Positions 1-7,623 of a stretch of DNA of 11,498 nt are shown here, piece after piece. The notes under the pieces are model-generated. The model was not told the DNA's origin and did not search any database. It was given only the letters and a program-made list of their open reading frames with translations. The first letter of the stretch is position 1; every line of letters begins with the position of its first letter. The stretch comes from Geosiphon pyriformis uo1 (Eukaryota; Fungi; Glomeromycota). The position numbers and the translations under genes are program-made. The stretch spans positions 1-11,498 of the forward strand of contig JAAOMT010000766.1 of the NCBI GenBank assembly GCA_016748015.1, written 5' to 3'.

Positions 1-2401
1 TCACAGAAATGTTATTGAACCTGAAAAATTCACTAGCAACATCAAGAATGTGTTGTGTAGCAGCCTGGCTGCTACCAACCCAAACAGTATTATTGATGAA
101 AGCACCAGCAGCGAGAAATAAAGTCAATTTAGCTCGAGGATCTACTCGGCCTGTTTTGGAAATAAAATGAGAATTCAACCTGTAGTCACACACACTCTCC
201 TGTCTCTTGACTTCACACAAAAGTGAATTATAAAAAATACGCCAGAGAAGAGGCGAAAAAACTTCTCCCTGATCCAGTCCATTGTGGACACAATATCCAT
301 CAGTCAAGCCAAAGTCAGTCATCACCCTATTGACACGACCATTGTGAATACTGCCAAAAAATCTAATAAACCTGTCACACATCTTGATTCTGACCAGACT
401 CCTCCTAAGATGTTCCTAACCAACCAAATCATAAGCCTTGTATATGTTCTGTAAAACCAGCCAAAGTTCATGGTTCTTCTCCAAGGCATCCTCAATCACA
501 GAACTGATAGCAAAAATGGGAGACTGCATCATCGTGCCTTTCAAAACCGAAAAATTGTCCCCACGAAGAACATCAAAAGTGCTGCAGACTGAAGAGATTC
601 TATTTGAAAGGATCTTGGAGAGAATCTTGCGAGCCATCTCAATTAAAGCTATAGGATGGGTGTTCATGAGAACCTCTTCCCATTTATATGGTTTAGGAAT
701 CATCGAAACCCAAGCTTCCCTCCAAGGCCCAGAAACTGATTCGCTAATCAAACAGAAATTCAAGAGTACTAAAAGCATATCCAAAACAGATTTGTCACAA
801 TGTTTCCATAATTCATTGGAAATACTAGAAAGACCAGCCGCTTTTCCATCAGGAAGATCCTTAACAACAGCTAACAACTCATCAAAACCAATAAAACACA
901 TGACATCAGAGAAAGCACCATCGAACACGTAATCCAGAGGCCGATATTGGCAAGCCCAATCCTCAGATAAGTCAGACACCATCTCACATTTTCTGGTCCA
1001 TCCCTCCATAATTTTGTCCACCTTAGACTTAACCAAATCAGGCTCCAAAATCAATTCATCTTCTACAACCAGATGATCCAGGACCACCTTGCGAAAAGAA
1101 CACTCCAAAACACTTCTGATAGTGTGACTCTTGTTTAGCTCAAAACTTTCCATCCTCTTACCAATAGCCTGCTTGATTGAGGATTCCTTAGCATGCTTGG
1201 ATTCCAATAATTTGAAAGAGCAGTACGATTTCCTCACTTTGGCCAGTACAGAATGAATAAGATCAAAATTAGCACCTGAAAAAAACAGAGACTTAACCAC
1301 CGACGCACCAGGAAAGTCGAGTCCATGCCATACCTCCAACAAAGAAGCAAAACTATCACTAGAAGCCAAATGCAAAGTCTTGACCAACTTAGAAACCAGC
1401 AGTTCCAGCTTGTGAAACCTAGAAGAAGTCTCAGTAAACATGCCATCAAAACCTTTGAACCACTTTTTCTTAAATGTACCATCTGCCAAAAAAACCATAA
1501 TCTTGCAAACAATGTTCCACATAACGTCCACATCTGAGAACCTTACTGCCACACCAAAAGCATCCGAGAACATAGAAACATTAGCAGCTGAAGCAACCTT
1601 GAACTCCAACCACTTAGCTTCATTGGCACTTTTGACATCAAACTTCCAACAATCTCTATTCGCTTGTGTGCAAAGAGAATTCAAATGCATATCTAAAAGC
1701 CCACCCAAACCCAAATCCACTGAAACAGCTTGATAATCTGTGTCAAAATGCTCACCAACATCCAAAACTTCACGATGCACTATTGCATTGACAAGACTTG
1801 AAGAGACAAACATGTAATCAATTGTTTTCTTAACTCTAGAATTTTCCCAAGTGGGCATTTTTGCAGCCGGGCTGCTGGCTAAAGAATTGACCAGACCCAA
1901 ATCAAAGCATCTTTTGAAACTTACACTCTTATGAGAACCGTCTTCATTAAAATTACTCCCAAGAACGACGAAAGAAGATTCATTAACAGCCCTTGCAATA
2001 AAAGAGTTAATCTCGTCAGCCTGAGAAAGCCATGCCACCGAAGAAGCACTAGTGTAAAGCCCCAGAATTGACACTGAGAGCTTATTCTTGAAAAGTAACC
2101 GAACAGACAGAAGCCGGCCAGGCACTTCAGAAACCTTGCATACATGCCTTGCCAGAGAAGAGTCCATGACAACTGTCACATCAGCACTCAGATATTCAGA
2201 ATCCAAACCAGAGGTAAACACCCAAACACCATTAAACTTGTTGATGATCCAGAGATGAACCTTATCTTTCAACTTTGTTTCAGTAAAAATAGAAACCAAA
2301 TTGCTCTTGTCCTTGTGCCAACAAACTATATCTTCCTGTTTCGCAGGAATGTTCATGTCCCGAACATTACACGTAGCAACCTTCCAAATCAAACCGGTTA
2401 T
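1..2401 (-). pseudogene. LINE ORF2: APE endonuclease + reverse transcriptase, inactivated and truncated by window
   Basis: APE motifs ATCNVR, ETK, GSNFN (GDFN-like), TIDY, TDY (SDH-like). RT motifs GKAAGLSSISNE, WREAWVSMIPK, NTHPIAL, LQNIYKAYD. Manual translation past TAG 416-418 stays open to base 2: EHLRRSLVRIKM...GLDQGEVFSPLLWRIFY...AGAFINNTVWVG, i.e. the QG..SP motif and a mutated F-x-D-D motif. The track start at 2440 is a GTG; the likely true start is ATA (from ATG) at 2401. Confidence 0.95.
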
Positions 2402-4356
2402 TGAGAAGACGAGAGAACCGAAGAATCCAAACCAGAACACAACATATTCAATCTTGCCAAAACTGAGCTGACTGATGCATCCAAAGCCATCAACTTTGAC
2501 TCCAAACCACCAACCTTGACAGTCAGAACCTTCAAACTACTGGAACCAAAATCAGGATTAGCATCATCAACGGATGGGCAAAGAGAAGGGGATGTTGTCA
2601 ACGGAACATCCAGTGCCATATCCAAATTCACGCATGAAGCTTGAGAAGCAGATGCAACAGGATAGAAGGCGAGAGAAGAAGACACCGAAGACACCACTTC
2701 AACACAGCTCAGTTTTTTTGCAATGGCAGTAACTCGGTCTGTCAAAAGCTCCAAAGAATGTTCCAAAGATGCCACCCGATCACACAAACCAGAGATATCA
2801 GAAGGAGAGGATTTTACTGAGGTGGATTCTGCACCAAAATTTGCACTAACACCAGAAGGACCTGAAGGAACCACATGAGAGGGAGGGCCACTAGCAACTT
2901 GGGCCCATGTCTTGCCACCAAAAGAAACCAGATAAGCAATAGGAGCCTGCTTTTTCTTATATACGTTAGCCAGACGAACTCAATTCTGAGAAGTTATCAC
3001 TCACTTACTGCATGCACCAGAATTCCCACCCATAGAACACACATCAGAAACATGACTGAATTGTTTACACACTGCACAACAGGCCAAAGAAAGGCCAGTC
3101 CAATGCAAACCTACACCCTTGAAGACTGGAACCAAACCAACAGCAGCCAGCTTGGATGCCTTACTTTCAAAACAAATCACAGCACACCAGTCACGAACAT
3201 AAAAAGTTGGATTGTGGCCAATAAAACAAGTTTTCCCACCATAAGCCTCCACCAATCTAGACAAATCATGAGCGGTGGTACCAACTGGAATAGTGTAAAG
3301 CAATGCTTGATGCCGATCTCTAAATACCCACATTTGTTTATCAATACTTGCCTTTGTCACGCAAACAGAATCTTTTCCCATGAGCACAGACCATCTAACC
3401 GCGACCAAATTAGCTATCTCAGATGACTCATATTCCACTAGGGCCTTTTGCCAAAGACCAATAAGCTGCACTTTGATTGAAATGATCTTGCCAAACTTGG
3501 AAAACACTGCCTCAATCGCCGATTTGGGAAGATCCACTGGGATTTCCTTGGCAATCACTTCCCAATCTGAATGGCTGTTTACTTTTCTTAGATCATTATT
3601 TACCAAAATATTTTCACTGATTGCCATTTCTTTTGCCTTAATCAAACTTTTCTCAGATGTAAATGATAACCTTATTATTTCTGGAAATTTTGAGGGAGTT
3701 AAAGCTCTCCCAAATCTATCAATTCAATAAAAGATTTTTTTTACAGCCATTAATTTGTCAACATTTGTTTTTCCAGATACTGCCGAAATCTCAATATCCA
3801 AGGCGAATGATTTAACTGGTTCAAAATTTTTTTTTTCTGTAACATATGACTCAACTGCTGGCAAGCACTTGGAACCAGAAAATTTCGGGGACGGAAGTGC
3901 CAAGACATCCTCATCATCACTCATTTTGTCAAAAGCAGGAGGTTTTGGCAGTTGGCCCAGCACATAAGTCACAGTCCTTGTCATCTTTGGAGTGGCATCG
4001 TTCGCCATATTGTCAGTGTCTGAGGCATTCGAATCCACGTAACTTATTTCCTCTACAACCGTGTTCTTTAAGTTTTCCATATCTGAGATCTCACTGACAC
4101 TATTACCATTGCTTTTCACGTCACTGCCCCAGGACTTCTTGCATTCCATCCTGTCAGCACCCAAAACACCTATAGAGAGAGAACCAGCCGATGAATCCAC
4201 CATCCTCCCAGCAGCTTTGGGTTTTCTTGGCTTCTTGTATGATGCACTGCAAGAGTGGACACCCTCAACATGCTTCTTGTTTTTAACGCCAGACTGGGTC
4301 CCCAACCCAGTCGAATTAGACCCAAAACCACCAGTAGAAGAGCTTGCCGGTTCCAT
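2398..4356 (-). pseudogene. LINE ORF1 (gag-like RNA-binding protein), about 652 codons, with three internal TGA stops
   Basis: Track ORFs 3724..4356, 3001..3645 and 2398..2874 share one frame, split only by TGA at 3724-3726, 3001-3003 and 2980-2982. Contains RRM-like segments (EIPVDLPKSAIEAVFSKFGKI...ALVEYES; LLYTIP...CAVICFES), a CX2CX4HX4C knuckle CAVCKQFSHVSDVC (3037-3078), a TWAQVA motif and two C-terminal heptad repeats. Confidence 0.9.
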
Positions 4357-4485
4357 AGCAACAAATAAAGGAGTATTGAAAGAAATAACAAAAAAACTAA
4401 AAGGAAAAGGGAAAAAGGAAGTGTATTTCTCTGGCTACTTAATGCTCTTGTTGTGACCAGGAGATCAACGAAAGAAAAAGTCTTG
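4357..4485 (-). promoter_or_regulatory. Putative LINE 5' UTR / internal promoter, pyrimidine-rich on the sense strand
   Basis: Lies between the AT-rich tract and the ORF1 ATG. The sense strand has a long T/C tract (ttcctttttcccttttccttttagttttttt). Promoter role is inferred only from general LINE architecture. Confidence 0.45.
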
Positions 4486-4499
4486 TATAAAAAAATTAA

Positions 4500-4900
4500 A
4501 AGTTTTTAGTGTTTATAGAGTTAATTTGAATGATAATACATCTCTTAATAAAATTTAAATCTTATTTTTTTTGGTAAATAAATATATTATTTTTTATTAA
4601 TTGTATAACAGTTTTTTTTGGTGTTTAAATAGATGTTTTTAATTTTTGCTAGTTTTTTTGGTAATTAATTTTGAATTGTTAATATAGTTTTAATATTTTT
4701 TGTAGATATTAAGTAATTTTTATTGACATATTGTTTAATTTTATAATGAATTTAAACAATAGTTATAGCTATTATTGTTTGTTTTTTTGTAGTATATTGT
4801 ATTAAATTTTTATATAATTAAAGTTTATATTATGTGATTTTTTTTTTATATAATAATTTATTTTGGTATTAATATAATATATGAGAATGTTTTTAGTTAG
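4500..4900 (-). pseudogene. Hypermutated relic of a Gypsy-like gag N-terminal region
   Basis: - strand reads IYYINTKINYYIKKKSHNI, then after one frameshift L*LYKNLIQYTTKKQTIIAITIV*IHYKIKQYVNKNYLISTKNIK. This parallels this window's Gag N-terminus VY*YIENCINNYL...LYNNLVHYS...NIIKYCEETYSV. The A/C-rich sense-strand skew matches the younger Gypsy element. Confidence 0.55.
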
Positions 4901-5633
4901 ATAATAGTTTTTTGGTAATTCAAAATTACTTTAATATTGTTAATAAAAAACACAATAAAATTTAACAATAATAAAATTAAGAATTTTTGTTATTATTTTG
5001 TTTTTTTTAACAATAAATTATTGCTAATTATTATTATTTTTAAATTTTTTTCTTTATAAAATACAGCAAATATTACAAAATAATTTTTTTAATATATTAA
5101 TTTTTAATTATAATTAATCTTTTGTAAGTTTCTTAATTTTATTTATGTAATAATATTAATATTATATTAAAAACTTTTTTTTAATATTATAATATAATTT
5201 ATTTTTTAATTTTTAATTGTAGTATATGTTTATATAATTTTTTTAAAAAATTAATTTAAAATCTATTTACAATAATAAAATCTTCTTTGAAACTATTTTT
5301 GAACATATTTTAAGTGGTTTTTTAAGCTAAAAACATAAAATATTAATGATTTTTAACACTTTTCTTAATTTTTACAATAAAACTTTTATTAATTAATAAT
5401 AATATAAATAATTTTAATCAAGAATTATTTTTTTAAGAACTTTAACTAATAAATAATAGTTTTATTTAATAAATAACACAAATAAGTTTCTTAATATTTT
5501 GAATTATAATAATATAATTTTTAATATTCTTATTTCTTTTTAATTAAAGATTTTTTTGGATATTTATTTAAAAATAAAAATAAAAATAAAAAATTAAAAA
5601 GTAATAAAATATTTTTTTTAATATTAAAACTAT

Positions 5634-5650
5634 TATATATATATATATAT
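5634..5650. repeat. (TA)8 microsatellite
   Basis: tatatatatatatatat read directly from the sequence. Confidence 0.85.
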
Positions 5651-5718
5651 TTGTAGTTTTATAAAAAAACATATTATAATACTCTTTTTTTGATATTTAA
5701 ACTTAATATTTACCTCTA

Positions 5719-5730
5719 TTTTTTTTTATT
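5719..5730 (-). terminator. Polyadenylation signal and poly(A) tail of the second LINE
   Basis: - strand reads ttgAATAAAAAAAAAtagagg, about 120 nt after the ORF2 stop. The background is AT-rich, so the motif alone is weak; its position supports the call. Confidence 0.65.
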
Positions 5731-6566
5731 CAATTTAATAAGTGCAGTCTAATTACTACCTAAGTACATAAAATCAAATTAAATCCTAAATTAAACATGG
5801 CTCATGTTTTTTTTACATATGACCAGCCACTTAGGCCAATTAAGACAGCATTATATACCTAAGTTACTTATTATAAAAACATTATTCAAAAAACCAAAAT
5901 CTAACTTGAACAAACTAGAATACAACCCAAAGCAAACATAAACACCCAACTTAACATTGAAATTGTGAACCATCCCAAAAAACCAAAGAAATAACAAATC
6001 AGATACAAAAAAAACAGAAGACTTATCACACAATAGAAGATTATGTTTTTTATAGTAAAATCTTAACTTGGCTCCAAATATCCAAATAGCTAATCTGTAA
6101 TACTTAGTAAGACTATAGACCAACTTGACAACTATCACATTGTCCCCTAAATTAGCCTTCAAACAGCAAACCATGTTAGCTACCCAATTTTTTAACACAA
6201 ATCTCTTAGCCAGTACCATATATAAATTAACAGACAAAACAGCATTGTGCAAAGACTAAACTATTACATTTCTTTTAACAGAGACTTTCACAACCTATTC
6301 TATTTTAGAGCAGTATTTGACAATATTCTTTCTTTAATACTACTGTCATATATGCAAAAAAACATGTGATCAGAGTTTTTTACTATCCTATACTAGATGC
6401 AAGCAGTGCTTAAATATCTTGGATTATACATTTTCTTCCTTTTGGCTACTAGTAAATAATAGTGCAGTGCTTTTATAAAATATAACTAAAGTATTGTTGA
6501 TGTTATACTAATGCAATCAGAGTAAATCTTGCCATTAGAATGCCAAACACTAAAAGTTCTAGCCAT
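5719..6566 (-). mobile_element. 3' end of a second, more decayed LINE (ORF2 C-terminus, 3' UTR, poly(A)), interrupted by the LTR element
   Basis: From 6566 the - strand reads MARTFSVWHSNGK...YFIKALHYYLLVAKRKKMYNPRYLSTACI*YRIVKNSDHMFFC, a degenerate C-x2-C...H-x3-C finger (6354-6401) typical of L1/Tx1 ORF2 C-termini. A frameshift near 6290 leads into track ORF 5851..6252 with its stop at 5851. A 3' UTR of about 120 nt follows, then AATAAA merged into A9. Confidence 0.85.
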
Positions 6567-6770
6567 TGTTACCAGTAAAATTTTAGCTATTAATTAACAT
6601 AAAATTACCCTTATAATTCCTATAATTAATTAATATATTAATATCATTTCAAATTATCATTTATTATTTAATCAATTATCACATATCACAATTCAATTAA
6701 ATAATCCAATTAGTATAACAAAAAGTAGGATGATCAAATTACACAATACCCTGAACTTTGTAACATTCAA

Positions 6771-6930
6771 AAATTCGCCGAAATTTACAAAAATTTGCTG
6801 AAATTTATAAGAAATTCGCCGAAATTTATAGAAATTCACCGAAATTATGAATAGTTCACCCAAAGTAATTAATAGTTCAGCGAAATAACTTGTAGTCCAT
6901 CAAAATATATCTTTAGTTCACTGAAATTTG
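6771..6930 (+). repeat. Tandem array of eight 20-21-bp units with TTC-N3-GAA core inside the LTR
   Basis: Unit starts at 6771, 6791, 6812, 6832, 6852, 6873, 6893, 6914. Cores: TTCGCCGAA, TTTGCTGAA, TTCGCCGAA, TTCACCGAA, TTCACCCAA, TTCAGCGAA, TCCATCAAA, TTCACTGAA. Confidence 0.9.
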
Positions 6931-6978
6931 AGCAAAGAGAAAAAGTGCAAGTTCATAGACTAGTACTATAACAAGTTG

Positions 6979-6985
6979 TATAAAA
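6979..6985 (+). promoter_or_regulatory. Candidate LTR TATA box
   Basis: TATAAAA about 50 bp downstream of the repeat array, with AATAAA at 7063-7068, consistent with U3-R order. The AT-rich background weakens both motifs. Confidence 0.4.
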
Positions 6986-7580
6986 AAAAAGCTTTTCTCT
7001 TCAAGAAAATATATCTTACTTTAGATTTATTACTTAAAACCATTTCTACACACACAAAAAGAAATAAATACCAAATAATTTAAAAAACCAAATTTTTTAA
7101 TTATTGCACTTGGAAAATCCCCAAAACCCAACTAACATTTTGAAATTGATTAGCTACCAATTTCAGTAAAACTGTTAGTGACTTCAGGTCTGGATAGAAA
7201 ACATTTCTCTTGACAGAATTCAATTTCTTTTACATTTCTTTTACCTTTTTTTTATTTTCTTATTATAATTATTAGAATAGCCTATAGACAAGATTCTTGT
7301 AGAAAAGTTGACTTTTACAGCAAAATAACTACACATTTTAGTGAGCTTTCAGATGAGCAATTTCTGGGAAAGAGTTGATGTTTACTACAACATAACTACA
7401 TAAAGTAACTGGCAAGGAATTGGCCATTCCACTTATAAGCCCAGCAAGTTCAAATTATAGAAGATAATTTGAAGATAAATTCAGTTATTGAAGGTTCAAC
7501 TACTTCTAGAAAACGTGAATTTGCAACCAACAGACATTTACAACATTCAAGAAAAAAGACCAAAAACCTCTGGTAACATT

Positions 7581-7598
7581 TGGTGCTCTTCCACAGAA
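7581..7598 (+). promoter_or_regulatory. Primer binding site (18 nt, tRNA type unassigned)
   Basis: TGGTGCTCTTCCACAGAA starts 2 nt after the LTR end. Its reverse complement TT-CTGTG-GAAGAGC-A-CCA fits tRNA positions 59-76, with pyrimidine 60 and conserved C61. Confidence 0.8.
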
Positions 7599-7623
7599 AC
7601 AACACAGCAAAAACAACTTCAAA

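Larger units (their letters stand above)
1..4485 (-). mobile_element. Non-LTR retrotransposon (LINE, probably L1/Tx1-like), 5' part; continues beyond left window edge
   Basis: 5' UTR, ORF1 (RRM-like + CCHC) and ORF2 (APE + RT) in canonical order on the - strand. The 5' boundary is approximate, placed at the abrupt drop in GC near 4485-4500. Clade assignment is tentative. Confidence 0.93.
4490..5718. other. Extremely AT-rich, low-complexity tract (probably decayed repeats)
   Basis: Only 2 G/C in bases 5161-5220 and 5 in 5101-5160. No ORFs in the track. Sharp boundaries against both flanking LINEs. Confidence 0.9.
6567..7578 (+). repeat. 5' LTR (1012 bp)
   Basis: Begins TGTTACCAG (6567-6575) and ends CTGGTAACA (7570-7578), a perfect 9-bp terminal inverted repeat with TG...CA ends. 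It is followed by TT and a TGG-initiated PBS. The left end coincides with the break in the LINE reading frame. The partner 3' LTR is not in the window. Confidence 0.88.

Noticed and set aside
438-4456. Plus-strand ORFs (438..932, 1325..1537, 1440..1733, 2144..2404, 2875..3426, 3380..3730, 3755..3967, 3846..4097, 4061..4456) and alternate-frame minus ORFs
   Set aside because: They are antisense or off-frame shadows of LINE ORF1/ORF2 with no recognisable motifs.
5569-5593. (TAAAAA)4 as a telomere-like or functional repeat
   Set aside because: Short and expected by slippage in near-pure A/T sequence.
5700-6600. Target-site duplication for the second LINE as a simple 5'-truncated insertion
   Set aside because: No matching direct repeat at both ends. 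The 5' break is explained by the LTR insertion.
6771-6930. CRISPR array interpretation of the 20/21-bp repeats
   Set aside because: Units are contiguous with only ~11 nt of related sequence between cores, there are no unique 25-45 nt spacers and no cas genes, and the array lies inside an LTR.
7130-7320. Possible spliceosomal intron signals in the LTR (ACTAAC...TAG near 7131-7153; pyrimidine tract and TTTTACAG at 7313-7320)
   Set aside because: No convincing donor pairing, and such motifs are common in AT-rich DNA. It would need RNA-seq evidence.
6567-7578. MITE or DNA transposon with 9-bp terminal inverted repeats
   Set aside because: No duplicated target site flanks it (GCCAT versus TTTGG). 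The right end is followed by a PBS and gag, as expected for a 5' LTR.
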